This document shows positions 32,186-42,543 of a stretch of 64,000 nucleotides of DNA, one piece after another. The translations under genes and the position numbers were made by a program. This stretch comes from Nitrospinae bacterium CG11_big_fil_rev_8_21_14_0_20_45_15. GTDB lineage: Bacteria > Nitrospinota > Nitrospinia > Nitrospinales > VA-1. The DNA lies in contig PCWG01000035.1 in the NCBI GenBank assembly GCA_002787235.1, forward strand, positions 101,109 to 165,108, written 5' to 3'. The notes beneath the pieces were generated by a model. The model was not told the DNA's origin and made no database searches. It saw only the letters and a program-made list of their open reading frames with translations. How positions within the stretch are numbered: the stretch's first letter is position 1; every line of letters begins with the position of its first letter.

Positions 32186-33691
32186 TTACTCAAAAAGACC
32201 TTTGTACTCTTCGATTGCGGCTTTTAGTTTGGCCTCAATATCATCGTCAAGTTTCTTCTGCTTTTCAATCGTCTCAATAACGTCTACGTATTTTTCTTCC
32301 ATGAAGTTCAGAAACCCACTTTCAAATTTCTTGATCTTCGATGTCTCAACATCGTCCAGCAAACCACGAACACCCATAAAAATGGAAATAACCTGATGGG
32401 TGGTCTTAAGAGGACGATATTGATCCTGTTTCAAAAGTTCAACGAGGCGTTCCCCGCGTGCTAACTGGCTTTGTGTTGCCGCATCAAGGTCACTTCCGAA
32501 CTGTGCAAATGCCGCCATTTCGCGGTATTGCGCAAGATCCAGACGCAACTTACCAGCAACTTGTTTCATGCCTTTGGTTTGCGCCGCACCACCGACTCGG
32601 GATACGGACAGACCGACGTTGATCGCGGGACGTACACCGGAGAAGAACAAGTCTGTCTCAAGATAAATTTGCCCGTCTGTAATAGAAATAACGTTTGTCG
32701 GGATGTAAGCGGATACGTCGCCAGCCTGTGTTTCGATGATCGGCAATGCCGTGAGTGAACCGGCACCTAAATCATCGTTCAACTTGGCGGCTCGTTCGAG
32801 CAATCGTGAGTGAACATAGAAAACGTCACCGGGATACGCTTCTCGTCCTGGCGGGCGTCTCAAAAGGAGTGACAACTGGCGATATGCGGCGGCTTGTTTT
32901 GATAGATCATCGTAAACGATGAGACAGTGTTGCCCGTTATCGCGAAAATATTCACCCATCGCGCATCCAGCATAAGGTGCGATGAATTGCAAAGGCGCAG
33001 GCTCACTGGCCGTTGCTGAAACGACAATCGTATACTTCATCGCATCGTGCTCTTCCAGAGTTTTCACAACGCGTGCGACCGTGGAACGTTTCTGTCCGAC
33101 CGCAACATAAATACAAATAACGTTTTGGCCTTTTTGATTGAGGATAGTATCAATCGCTACTGCGGTTTTACCAGTCTGGCGGTCACCAATGATCAACTCA
33201 CGCTGACCACGTCCGATGGGAATCATACCGTCGATTGCTTTAATACCGGTCTGCATGGGCTCGTGAACGGATTTTCGAGCCGTAACGCCGGGAGCAATTC
33301 TTTCTATAGGACCAAAACGCTCGGCCTTAACCGGACCTTTTTCGTCAATGGGTTCACCGAGGGAGTTTACAACGCGTCCCACCAGTTCAGGGCCTACAGG
33401 AACTTCCATGATACGTCCTGTGCGTTTGACTTCATCGCCCTCTTTAACCTTGTCGTCAAAACCCAGAAGAACAGCACCCACATTGTCTTCTTCAAGGTTC
33501 AAAACCATACCCACAAGCCCGCCGGGAAATTCAAGCAGTTCGCTGAGCATGGCATTTTCAAGACCATAGATTCGCGCGATTCCGTCACCGACGGAAATTA
33601 CCCTGCCGGTTTCTTTCAGCTCGATACTTGTGTCGAATCCCTCAATCTGTTTCTGGATCAGGGAGCTTATTTCATCGGCTCGCAAATTCAC
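32186..33691 (-). CDS. atpA: ATP synthase F1 alpha
   Basis: GDRQTGKT and [15 protein letters not shown]. Confidence 0.99.
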   Translation of the reverse strand: MNLRADEISSLIQKQIEGFDTSIELKETGRVISVGDGIARIYGLENAMLSELLEFPGGLVGMVLNLEEDNVGAVLLGFDDKVKEGDEVKRTGRIMEVPVGPELVGRVVNSLGEPIDEKGPVKAERFGPIERIAPGVTARKSVHEPMQTGIKAIDGMIPIGRGQRELIIGDRQTGKTAVAIDTILNQKGQNVICIYVAVGQKRSTVARVVKTLEEHDAMKYTIVVSATASEPAPLQFIAPYAGCAMGEYFRDNGQHCLIVYDDLSKQAAAYRQLSLLLRRPPGREAYPGDVFYVHSRLLERAAKLNDDLGAGSLTALPIIETQAGDVSAYIPTNVISITDGQIYLETDLFFSGVRPAINVGLSVSRVGGAAQTKGMKQVAGKLRLDLAQYREMAAFAQFGSDLDAATQSQLARGERLVELLKQDQYRPLKTTHQVISIFMGVRGLLDDVETSKIKKFESGFLNFMEEKYVDVIETIEKQKKLDDDIEAKLKAAIEEYKGLFE

Positions 33692-34243
33692 TTAAACGAC
33701 CTCCTCTTTCTCGATAGCTTGTTTCAGAATGGACAAACGATTGCGAATACTGGCATCTGCGACGGTATCACCTACTTGTAGCGTCACTCCACCAATCAGC
33801 GTATTGTCCACGCGGGTTTCAATGATTATTTTTTTATTCAGGATTCGACCTAGTGCATCGCGCAGGTGGTTTACCTGGTCATTCGCCAACTCTCGTGTAG
33901 CAGATACGGTGACACGTACTTGGTTCAATCTCTCATCAGACACTTTTTCAAAATAGTTCGCTATAGAACGGAGAAACAAAATCTTTTTCCGTTCCGTCAA
34001 CAAGAGAATCATACTCCGTACGGCATCCCCAGCTTTCAGCTGGTCGCAAAGCGTTTGGACCATCTGCGCTTTATTTTCCTGAGGAATTCCGGGATGCGCA
34101 AAGAATCGAACCAGGTCAGGTTGAGCTTCAAATGCAGAACAAAAACTTTGAAGACTCCACAGCACACCGTCCAGATTCCTTGCGTCCGTGATACTCTTGG
34201 ACAAAGCATCTGCGTATCGTTTTCCAATTGCGTTTCTTAGCAT
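33692..34243 (-). CDS. atpH: ATP synthase F1 delta
   Basis: RYADAL and VDNTLIGG...DASIRNRL. Confidence 0.93.
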   Translation of the reverse strand: MLRNAIGKRYADALSKSITDARNLDGVLWSLQSFCSAFEAQPDLVRFFAHPGIPQENKAQMVQTLCDQLKAGDAVRSMILLLTERKKILFLRSIANYFEKVSDERLNQVRVTVSATRELANDQVNHLRDALGRILNKKIIIETRVDNTLIGGVTLQVGDTVADASIRNRLSILKQAIEKEEVV

Positions 34244-34272
34244 AGTTTGTTTCCGACGACCCTAATGGACCT

Positions 34273-34791
34273 TCAATTGGCACTCTGTTCCATCGATCGA
34301 ATCACTTCATCGATGGACTCGTTGATCAATTCTTGACTGGTCTGATCATCCAGTCTTTTTCTCAGAAACTTCTCTACAGAGGCCACGGTCAACTCAGCCG
34401 CATAATTGCGAATATCGTTGAACAATTTATTGCGGGAACTTTGAATTTCGTACTCCGCTTCTTGTTGCATTTGTTTGATCTTGGCCTGAGTCTCCTGCAA
34501 CAACTTGTCCTGATTTTTCTTGGCTTCATCGTGCGCCAACTGGACAATCGTATTCGCCTTCTCGTGTGCCTTTTTCAGCTCAGCCTCAAGCTCGGCTTTA
34601 ATCTTCTGACCCTCCGCTCGCAGTTGTTCCGCGGAAGAGATGTCATTCCGAATTTTCGACTCGCGCTCTTCCAAAGCTTCCAGAATAGGAGGAAACGCAT
34701 ACTTCTTGAGAAGTACGAAAAGAATTGCAAATGAAACCAGCGACCAAAATATAAGGGAGGAAAATACTCCCACTTGTTCAAATTGAGGCAT
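34273..34791 (-). CDS. atpF: ATP synthase Fo b
   Basis: MPQF N-terminus, a TM helix, then a coiled coil; operon position. Confidence 0.92.
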   Translation of the reverse strand: MPQFEQVGVFSSLIFWSLVSFAILFVLLKKYAFPPILEALEERESKIRNDISSAEQLRAEGQKIKAELEAELKKAHEKANTIVQLAHDEAKKNQDKLLQETQAKIKQMQQEAEYEIQSSRNKLFNDIRNYAAELTVASVEKFLRKRLDDQTSQELINESIDEVIRSMEQSAN

Positions 34792-34936
34792 TATAGTCTC
34801 TTTAAAAGTTTACTAAGAAAAACCCTTTGGAAAAATTTCGTCTGTGCTCCCCCTCTACTTAATGAGAGACAACAACACAAACAAAATTTTCTCAGGTCAT
34901 TCTTAAGTCTGAGAATTTGGCTCCAACAGGGGGGAA

Positions 34937-34961
34937 AGGCCGGAAATATTCTTTCCAGCCT
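34937..34961 (-). promoter_or_regulatory. Stem-loop immediately after atpE
   Basis: AGGCTGGAAA-GAATA-TTTCCGGCCT on the minus strand about 10 nt after the atpE stop; may stabilise atpE mRNA (inference). Confidence 0.5.
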
Positions 34962-34971
34962 CGCATTCCCA

Positions 34972-35199
34972 TTATTTGCTGGGCATAATTATAAAAGCAA
35001 TTACCAGAGCGTAAAGCGCGATAGCTTCGACGAGTGCAAAACCAATCCAGCAGTACTTGGCAACACGTGCTTCCGCATTTGGCTGTCGCCCTACCGTTTC
35101 AATGGTTTTTGCAAAAATATAGGCAATTCCCAATGCCGCTCCAAAAAATCCGGCCGCACACAAACCCATTCCAATCAATGCCGCTGCTTCTTGACCCAT
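34972..35199 (-). CDS. atpE: ATP synthase Fo c
   Basis: GRQP loop and essential Glu in VEAIALY. Confidence 0.97.
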   Translation of the reverse strand: MGQEAAALIGMGLCAAGFFGAALGIAYIFAKTIETVGRQPNAEARVAKYCWIGFALVEAIALYALVIAFIIMPSK

Positions 35200-35289
35200 T
35201 CTTTCATCTCCTCAAAAAATATATAATATATAGAAGAACTTCTGTTTTTATCGATCTTAATAAGTTTACTTCAAAGCATTTCTATCGCA

Positions 35290-36021
35290 TTAATGCAGGT
35301 TGATCACATCCCCGATATACACGCAGGTCAATGTGGTGAATATGTAAGCCTGAATGAAAGCGATGGCGATTTCCAAACCGTTAATGATGACGGTAAATCC
35401 AAATGGCATCCAGCCAATCACCAATGATGCGGACATGGCCAAGCCAAATAAAACTGCCAAAACAGTATGCCCTGCTGTCATATTGGCGAACAACCTGACA
35501 GACAAAGATATCGGCCGTGCAACCATGCTGATAATTTCAATAGGTACCATCAGGGGAACCATTATCTTTGGCACTCCCGGCGGAACAAGTATGCTTAAAA
35601 AATGACCGCCATGCTTGGCAAAACCAATGAAGAGGGTCATTATAAAAATACAAATCGCGAACGCACCCGTCACTACCAGCTGACTGGTGATTGTATAAGA
35701 ACCGGGCACAAGACCGATCAGATTACAGGCCAACACAAAAAAGAAAACTGTGGCTATAAAAGGGAAGTACTTTTTCCCTTCTTCTTTACCGATAAATTCC
35801 TCCACCATGCCGCGAATAAACTCCATTCCTATTTCCAAAACACTTTGCAGTTTTCCGGGAACGAGGGAGCTATCTCTCTTGCCTGCGGCCTTGAATAGGA
35901 AGAATACAACAGCCATTCCTGCCCACATGGCGAGTATCGCTTTGTTGATGGACAAATCCAACCCTAGAATATTTATATGTACCAGGGGATGAAGCTCAAA
36001 ATGATGCAGAGGACTTTCCAT
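35290..36021 (-). CDS. atpB: ATP synthase Fo a
   Basis: RPISLSVRLFANMTAGH and QAYIF. Confidence 0.97.
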   Translation of the reverse strand: MESPLHHFELHPLVHINILGLDLSINKAILAMWAGMAVVFFLFKAAGKRDSSLVPGKLQSVLEIGMEFIRGMVEEFIGKEEGKKYFPFIATVFFFVLACNLIGLVPGSYTITSQLVVTGAFAICIFIMTLFIGFAKHGGHFLSILVPPGVPKIMVPLMVPIEIISMVARPISLSVRLFANMTAGHTVLAVLFGLAMSASLVIGWMPFGFTVIINGLEIAIAFIQAYIFTTLTCVYIGDVINLH

Positions 36022-36114
36022 AATTCTTTTCTAATTGCCTGTATGGGGCGCGTTTTATTAGTTAAAAATTTAACATCTACTCAGATGAATGATTCCCAAA
36101 CAAAAAAATCCTGA

Positions 36115-36351
36115 TCAGCTCTCCCTATCTTCACTTTCTTCTTCCTGAAGATGGGTTGCAACTTTGTACACCATCAATCCCCCTGCGACACCTCCTAAAA
36201 GAAGCCCCGCTACCATCAACCAGGGTTTTGTTCCAAAAAACCAGTCCAGCGCATAACCCATCGAGGTCCCTACAAAAACTGAAACGACAAGCTCTGTACC
36301 CACTCTGAAAGCAAAACCCACTCCCTTACGAAAATCACTGTCTTCGCTCAT
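36115..36351 (-). CDS. AtpZ/AtpI family protein
   Basis: GYALDWFFGTKPW; first gene of the atp operon. Confidence 0.85.
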   Translation of the reverse strand: MSEDSDFRKGVGFAFRVGTELVVSVFVGTSMGYALDWFFGTKPWLMVAGLLLGGVAGGLMVYKVATHLQEEESEDRES

Positions 36352-36539
36352 GGGATTTAACCTTGGAAACCTAAAAGGTTTGATGGAGAAAAACGGGGGT
36401 ATAGTACAACAGGAGTGAGAATTTGTACAAGCTTGTTTTTTTGATTTTTTATAACGAACCGCTTTCTGACTGGAATTTCAATTAATTGAAGGATATTTTT
36501 TATTTCAAAAACCCAGCTATCACCTTTATAGAGTCCAAA

Positions 36540-36866
36540 CTAGTAAGGCAATTCACCAAATTTTTCTTCATATTCCTCAAGACCAATCATATCTATGGCA
36601 TCCCAGGGACACCCCTCAAGAAATGTATCCATTGGCCCCTTGGACGTGCATTTTTTGCAACCGATGCAAAGCAAGGGATCGACATCGATTCGAATAAAAT
36701 TAGGAGCGTCGGGATTCACCACTTCAAACATACAGTCGTCAACGGGGCACTCCGTCACACATATTGGAGAACCACCACAACCTGTACAAGCGTCATTGAT
36801 GACAGCCAAGATTTTTGGTTTTCTTTTACGTTGCCCGGTTTTTTTGGGTTTTTCTTTAACGGCCAT
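36540..36866 (-). CDS. 2[4Fe-4S]-type ferredoxin-like protein
   Basis: CTGCGGSPICVTECP and CIGCKKC...GCP. Confidence 0.85.
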   Translation of the reverse strand: MAVKEKPKKTGQRKRKPKILAVINDACTGCGGSPICVTECPVDDCMFEVVNPDAPNFIRIDVDPLLCIGCKKCTSKGPMDTFLEGCPWDAIDMIGLEEYEEKFGELPY

Positions 36867-37007
36867 GATATATTAGGAATGTTTTGGTTGAATTTAATTT
36901 CACCGATCTATTCTTCGACTTTGTATCAGAAAGTCGCAGGCTTTGCAATTATTTTGGTTCGATCTGGGAAATTACCTCAGACAGCTACATATTAGAAAAT
37001 CTAACCT

Positions 37008-38024
37008 ATGCCTTTCGAAGGTGTGCTGGGTCAATCGCGGCCCCGAAATATATTAAAAAATGCCCTATTAAACAATAAAGTTGCCCATGCATACTTGTTT
37101 TTTGGGGAAACCAGTGTGGGTCGAAAACCAATGGCTCTTGAGCTGGCTAAAACGCTCAATTGCACGGCTTCCATTCAAGGAGACAATTGCGGTATATGTC
37201 TGTCTTGCAATAAAATAGATTCCGGCATACACCCAGATATTTATATTTTAGAACCTGAAACGAGCACTTCTTCTACTCGTTTGGGGACTATTAAAATAGA
37301 AGCTCTGCGCGAACTTCAAAAAAAGCTGGCCTATCTTCCCTATGAGGGCAAATGCAAGGTCGCGATCATTGATTCTGCAGAAACAATGAATTCTCAGGCG
37401 TCCAATTCCTTCTTGAAAATTCTGGAAGAACCGCCGCCAAATACTTTGTTCATTTTGATTGCGTCCAACCCTCATCAGCTTTTGCCCACTTTGGTGTCAC
37501 GCTGTCAGGCTATCCGTTTCATGCCGTTGTCGCCTTCTGACACTAGGCGGATATTGATTCGAAATCGGGACAAGGGTGAGTTTGAAGCGAATGACGATGA
37601 GATTGAGATACGGGCCATGCGTGCGGGTGGCAGAATAGATCAAGCGATGGATCCCAGTTTACTGGAAATCTGTGAACGTCGCGAAGAATTGATCGAGTTG
37701 ATTGCAGGGGCTCATTTGAGCCGAATGGATGTTTTCATCCGCTGGAGCAAGTCGGTTGCCAAACAGTCGGTAGATGTCCAGGCTTTGCTATCAGAGATGG
37801 CTCGTTTGCTAAGAGACATTACTTTATTGCGAAGTTGTGGCCGGTCGGCAACCATCACCAATGCTGATTTGCGTCCGCAATTGATCAGTTTGGCCGAAAA
37901 AAAGAAATTAAATTCTCTGGTTAAAATGTTTAAAGCGACCTTGGTTGCCCAGAAAGACCTGGATGCCAATTACAATGCACAGCTGTCCCTGGAAAATCTT
38001 TGGATAGAATTTTGTGCTGCATAA
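37008..38024 (+). CDS. holB: DNA polymerase III delta' subunit
   Basis: HAYLF, CGICLSC, SFLKILEEPP and LVSRCQ. Confidence 0.93.
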   Translation: MPFEGVLGQSRPRNILKNALLNNKVAHAYLFFGETSVGRKPMALELAKTLNCTASIQGDNCGICLSCNKIDSGIHPDIYILEPETSTSSTRLGTIKIEALRELQKKLAYLPYEGKCKVAIIDSAETMNSQASNSFLKILEEPPPNTLFILIASNPHQLLPTLVSRCQAIRFMPLSPSDTRRILIRNRDKGEFEANDDEIEIRAMRAGGRIDQAMDPSLLEICERREELIELIAGAHLSRMDVFIRWSKSVAKQSVDVQALLSEMARLLRDITLLRSCGRSATITNADLRPQLISLAEKKKLNSLVKMFKATLVAQKDLDANYNAQLSLENLWIEFCAA

Positions 38025-38047
38025 GCACTCCTATTCCTCTTAATAAA

Positions 38048-38923
38048 ATGAAACAGCAGGAATCTATCGCTAACAAATCAAATCGCCCTCACTTTATCGT
38101 GGGAGTTCGTCTTTTTGGAGGCGAGCAGTCTCGCCTGTTCGATCCTGGCTCGATTAAAGTTCGAGTTGGAAATCATGTCATGGCCGAAACTGATGAGGGT
38201 ACTCAAATCGGAATCATTGCCTCGAATAAAATTTTGAATTTTAGCAAAGACCCCAAGTGCAAATACGGTCGTGTCATTCGTTTGGCTAACGATTCGGACA
38301 TGCAGGCCTACGAACGCAAGGTTGCCCAAGAGCAGAAGGCTAAAGTATTTTGTCTGCAAAAAATTGATGAACTGAACTTGCCCATGAACTTGAGCCGGGT
38401 CGTACACAACCTCGAATCCAGAAAAACCATTTTCTACTTCACGGCAGAAGGGCGAGTCGATTTTCGCCTGTTGATCAAGGAACTGGCTGGATTTCTCAGA
38501 CTTCGAATTGAAATGCGACAAGTGGGTGTTCGTGATGAAGCGCGTGCGATCACCGGTGTGGGTGTGTGCGGTGAAGAATTATGTTGTTCGCGTTTCCTAA
38601 AAGATTTTAATCCTGTAACCATCCGAATGGCAAAAGATCAGGGTCTGGCTTTGAATCCCGGAAAAATATCGGGCGTTTGTGGTCGATTGATGTGCTGTCT
38701 GCAATACGAACATGAGATCTACCGCACTCTGTCCAAAGAGATGCCCAAGGTTGGCAAAAAAGTCAACACGCCCATGGGACCGGGTCGAATCATCAAAAAT
38801 GAAATTCTCAGTCAAACGATTATCGTCCGCCATGATGATGAATCGATTTTGACTCATCCTATGGATGACGTCACTGTGATTCCCAATTCTGGCAAAACGC
38901 AGGAGGATTCAAAAAACCAGTGA
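38048..38923 (+). CDS. ricT: PSP1 / RicT (YaaT) family protein
   Basis: FYFTAEGRVDFRLL, RIEMRQVGVRDEA, CGEELCC and SGVCGRLMCCLQYE; start re-called at ATG 38048. Confidence 0.9.
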   Translation: MKQQESIANKSNRPHFIVGVRLFGGEQSRLFDPGSIKVRVGNHVMAETDEGTQIGIIASNKILNFSKDPKCKYGRVIRLANDSDMQAYERKVAQEQKAKVFCLQKIDELNLPMNLSRVVHNLESRKTIFYFTAEGRVDFRLLIKELAGFLRLRIEMRQVGVRDEARAITGVGVCGEELCCSRFLKDFNPVTIRMAKDQGLALNPGKISGVCGRLMCCLQYEHEIYRTLSKEMPKVGKKVNTPMGPGRIIKNEILSQTIIVRHDDESILTHPMDDVTVIPNSGKTQEDSKNQ

Positions 38924-39135
38924 ACGAGGCTGTCACACTGACTGAAATCAAACTTTCTGTCAGTGCTGAACAAGCGAGCCTCTTGTAATGATCGGGCCAC
39001 ACTCTTTTGGGATAGTCGGCCTTTTCAGCATTCGATGTTCCCTCTGTGGCTGAATTCATCGCAACTGTAAAGTATGTCACCTGTTTGACGACCTCTTTAA
39101 AATCAAGTGTTCAACTTCAAAAGTAAAAGGATTCC

Positions 39136-41088
39136 ATGCAAGACAAGCGCAAAAAATTTTATGTAACGACCCCTATTTATTATGTCAACGATGTCCCGCA
39201 CCTGGGTCACGCCTACACTACAATTGCAGCCGATGTCATTGCTCGATACAAAAGATTGAACGGCTATGAAGTTTCTTTTTTAACAGGTTCGGACGAACAC
39301 GGACAAAAGGTGCAACAAGCCGCTCAGGAATTGAAAGTCGATCCTCAAGTGCATGTGGATCGTTTGCACACGCGCTTCAATGATTTGTGGAAACGTTTGA
39401 ATATTTCCAACACCGACTTCATTCGAACGACTGAAGAACGCCACAAGAAAATAGTCCGTGAAATTTTACAAGATCTGTTCAATCGCGGTGAAATATACAA
39501 AGACTCCTACGAAGGTTGGTATTGCATGCCAGACGAGCGTTTCTGGACTGAAAAAGACCTGGTCAATGGAACCTGCCCGGAATGCGGACGCTCTGTAGAT
39601 AAAATACAGGAACATAATTATTTCTTTAAGATGGGCCAATATGGGGAATGGCTGGCAGAGCACATTCGCACCCACCCCACCTTCATTCAACCGGAATCCC
39701 GCAAGAATGAGGTGCTCGGTTTTCTATCAAAACCATTGGGTGATTTGTGTATCTCTCGTCCCAAATCCCGTTTGTCCTGGGGCATCCCACTTCCTTTTAA
39801 TGCGGACTATGTCACCTACGTTTGGTTCGATGCATTGATCAATTATATTTCCGCGCTCGGCTCGCAAGACGATGTGCGAAACGGCGGATTTTGGCCCGCC
39901 GATTTTCATCTCGTAGGAAAAGATATTCTGACAACGCATGCGGTCTATTGGTCCACCATGCTGAAGGCCATGAACCTGCCCTTGCCAAGCACAATTTTTG
40001 CGCACGGATGGTGGACGGTCGATGGAAAGAAAATGTCGAAATCTCTTCGCAATGTGGTGGAGCCCAATTTATTGATCGATCTGTTTGGTGTGGATTCCAT
40101 CCGCTATTTTCTTTTACGTGAAGCTCCTTTTGGTCAAGATGCCGACTTCTCTCATAAAGCACTCATCGGAAGAATCAACAGCGACCTGGCCAACAATCTG
40201 GGCAACCTCCTAAACCGAACCGTCAGCATGATCAAACGTTATCACGACGGCAAGATTCCTGATCCCGGAGAAACAACCGACTGCGATTCTCTAAAAAATG
40301 AGTTTGCCTCGGCACTCCCTGAAATTCGCAAGGGTTACGATGAGCTGGCCTACAATAAAATTTTGGAACGTATTTGGAAACTGGTGGATGCCGGCAATAA
40401 ATGGATCGACGTCAAGGCACCCTGGAATCTGTTCAAAACCGAAGAAGGCCAAAAAGAACTGGCACCGGTCATGTACCATACGGCAGAGAGCTTGCGCGCT
40501 GTCGCTGTCTTGATCTACCCTTTCATGCCGCATACCTCTGAACAAATTTTGATTCAGCTTGGAGTTGAAGGCGGACCCGAAAATCAAGGGATCGACTCCA
40601 TCTCCAACTGGTATGGCTTGAAACCGGGAACAGAACTGCAAAAAGGCGAACGACTTTTCCCCCGAATCGAAGAAAAACAAGAACAGGAAATCCAACAGAC
40701 TCTGGAATCAGCGAGTAAGGACAATGCCGCGCCCAAGACTGCGGAGAATCAGGACGAATTGGGAGCACCTATTTCCATTGAGGATGTCATGAAGCTGGAC
40801 CTGCGTGTCGGGAAAATTCTTGAGGCGGAAAACGTTAAAAAGTCGAAGAAGCTTGTCAAACTAAAGGTGGACATTGGTTTGGAAATCCGACAAGTGGTCG
40901 CCGGCATCGCAACATCCTACGAACCCGAAGCTCTGGTCGGTCGCTCCATCATTCTCGTTGCGAATTTAAAACCCGCCAAGCTGATGGGCATCGAATCTCA
41001 AGGAATGGTCCTTGCCGGCAGTGCCGATGGCAATATCGTTTTGGCGGGTTTCGATCAGGAATTGCCGACAGGAGCTCGCGTTAAATGA
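39136..41088 (+). CDS. metG: Methionyl-tRNA synthetase with C-terminal tRNA-binding domain
   Basis: HLGH (HIGH) and KMSKS motifs; C-terminal LDLRVGKI...ESQGMVL. Confidence 0.98.
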   Translation: MQDKRKKFYVTTPIYYVNDVPHLGHAYTTIAADVIARYKRLNGYEVSFLTGSDEHGQKVQQAAQELKVDPQVHVDRLHTRFNDLWKRLNISNTDFIRTTEERHKKIVREILQDLFNRGEIYKDSYEGWYCMPDERFWTEKDLVNGTCPECGRSVDKIQEHNYFFKMGQYGEWLAEHIRTHPTFIQPESRKNEVLGFLSKPLGDLCISRPKSRLSWGIPLPFNADYVTYVWFDALINYISALGSQDDVRNGGFWPADFHLVGKDILTTHAVYWSTMLKAMNLPLPSTIFAHGWWTVDGKKMSKSLRNVVEPNLLIDLFGVDSIRYFLLREAPFGQDADFSHKALIGRINSDLANNLGNLLNRTVSMIKRYHDGKIPDPGETTDCDSLKNEFASALPEIRKGYDELAYNKILERIWKLVDAGNKWIDVKAPWNLFKTEEGQKELAPVMYHTAESLRAVAVLIYPFMPHTSEQILIQLGVEGGPENQGIDSISNWYGLKPGTELQKGERLFPRIEEKQEQEIQQTLESASKDNAAPKTAENQDELGAPISIEDVMKLDLRVGKILEAENVKKSKKLVKLKVDIGLEIRQVVAGIATSYEPEALVGRSIILVANLKPAKLMGIESQGMVLAGSADGNIVLAGFDQELPTGARVK

Positions 41089-42476
41089 TCATCGACTCTC
41101 ATGCTCACATCGACACGGAACCATTCGACGAAGACCGCGAAGAAGTAATCCAGCGTGCGCGCGATCAAGGTGTGGAGTATATCCTCAATGTCGGTTGCGA
41201 CATCGAGAGCAGTCGCCGCAGTCTAGATCTGGCGGAGCGTTACGATCTCGTGTACTCGACTGCGGGCGTGCATCCGCACGATGTCAAATCCATTGATGAA
41301 GACACCTACGCCCATTTGAGAGTACTGTTAGCGCATCCCAAAACATTGGCAGTGGGTGAAACCGGTCTCGATTTTTTCAAAAATTATTCCCCAAAAGAAG
41401 AACAGCTCATTCATTTCCGCAAGCAGGTGGAGTTGGCGCGAGAGCTCAACAAACCGATCATCGTTCATACCCGCGATGCACAGAAAGACACCATCGCGAT
41501 CCTTGCTGATTATTTTCCGAAAAATGCTCCCGCCGGCTCAGGAATTTTTCATTGTTTTTCAGGCGATCAGTATTTGGCCGATCGCGCCCTTGAGATGGGA
41601 TTTTACATTTCCTTTTCGGGTTCGGTTACTTTCAAAAAAGCAGACGATCTTCGCGCTGTTGCCAAGACCATTCCTGCAGAACGATTGTTTGCCGAAACAG
41701 ACTGTCCTTACCTTGCTCCTGTACCCAATCGCGGCAAGCGCAATGAGCCGTCTTTTGTCCGCCACGTCGCTCAAGCTTTGGCTGATCTGCGCGGTGTCGA
41801 TATCGCCGACTTTGAGAGAGCCAGCGCGCTGAACTTTTTTGAACTGTTTGGTGTCGGCAGGCAGGCCAAAACCGGGACCATCGCATACCAGATCCGTAAT
41901 TCCCTTTATTTGAACCTGACACAACGATGCACGGCAGATTGTGTCTTTTGCACACGCCTCACCAAACCTGTCGTGCAAGGTTATAATCTGAAACTGGATC
42001 GTGAGCCAACCGCACAGGAGTTGTGGGAAGCCATTGACGATCCTAAAAAATACGATCAGGTTGTTTTTTGCGGATTCGGTGAGCCCACCCTTCGCCTGGA
42101 TACCCTTAAAGAAGTGGCCGCCAAGATCAAATCGGCGGGCGGTCAGGTTCGACTGAATACCAACGGACACGGCAACATCATCAATAAAAGAAATATTTTG
42201 CCTGAACTGAAAGGTTTGATCGATGAAGTGTCGGTGAGCCTCAACGCAGATACTTCAGAAGCCTATGATGCCGTCACGCAACCGCTTCCGGGTTTTAGGA
42301 ACGGCATTTACGACAAGGTCAAAGAATTTATTGTGGAAGCAAAGAAGTACATTCCCAAAGTACAAGCGTCGATCGTCACTCATCAAAAAGAAGTCGATGA
42401 AGAACAATGTCACGATTTGGCAGAAAACACCTTGGGCGTGCAATACCGTATGCGACGTTACAACATCGTGGGATGA
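41085..42476 (+). CDS. TatD-family hydrolase fused to a TatD-associated radical SAM domain
   Basis: DSHAH, GETGLD and ETDCPYL; C-terminal LYLNLTQRCTADCVFC and FCGFGEP. Confidence 0.92.
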   Translation: MIIDSHAHIDTEPFDEDREEVIQRARDQGVEYILNVGCDIESSRRSLDLAERYDLVYSTAGVHPHDVKSIDEDTYAHLRVLLAHPKTLAVGETGLDFFKNYSPKEEQLIHFRKQVELARELNKPIIVHTRDAQKDTIAILADYFPKNAPAGSGIFHCFSGDQYLADRALEMGFYISFSGSVTFKKADDLRAVAKTIPAERLFAETDCPYLAPVPNRGKRNEPSFVRHVAQALADLRGVDIADFERASALNFFELFGVGRQAKTGTIAYQIRNSLYLNLTQRCTADCVFCTRLTKPVVQGYNLKLDREPTAQELWEAIDDPKKYDQVVFCGFGEPTLRLDTLKEVAAKIKSAGGQVRLNTNGHGNIINKRNILPELKGLIDEVSVSLNADTSEAYDAVTQPLPGFRNGIYDKVKEFIVEAKKYIPKVQASIVTHQKEVDEEQCHDLAENTLGVQYRMRRYNIVG

Positions 42477-42543
42477 TGCTCATTAATAAATTAGCCGGAT
42501 ACATTTAGTTTTTAATTCAATCATTTTCAATTCAGGAGATCTT

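Noticed and set aside
34919-34934. CCCCCCTGT(T)TGGAGC shared between the atpE-atpF gap and 62271-62286
   Set aside because: A 15-16-nt match with an indel and a homopolymer run is expected by chance in this amount of sequence.
34972-35199. Na+-translocating ATP synthase
   Set aside because: The c subunit lacks the Q...E-S/T Na+-binding signature.
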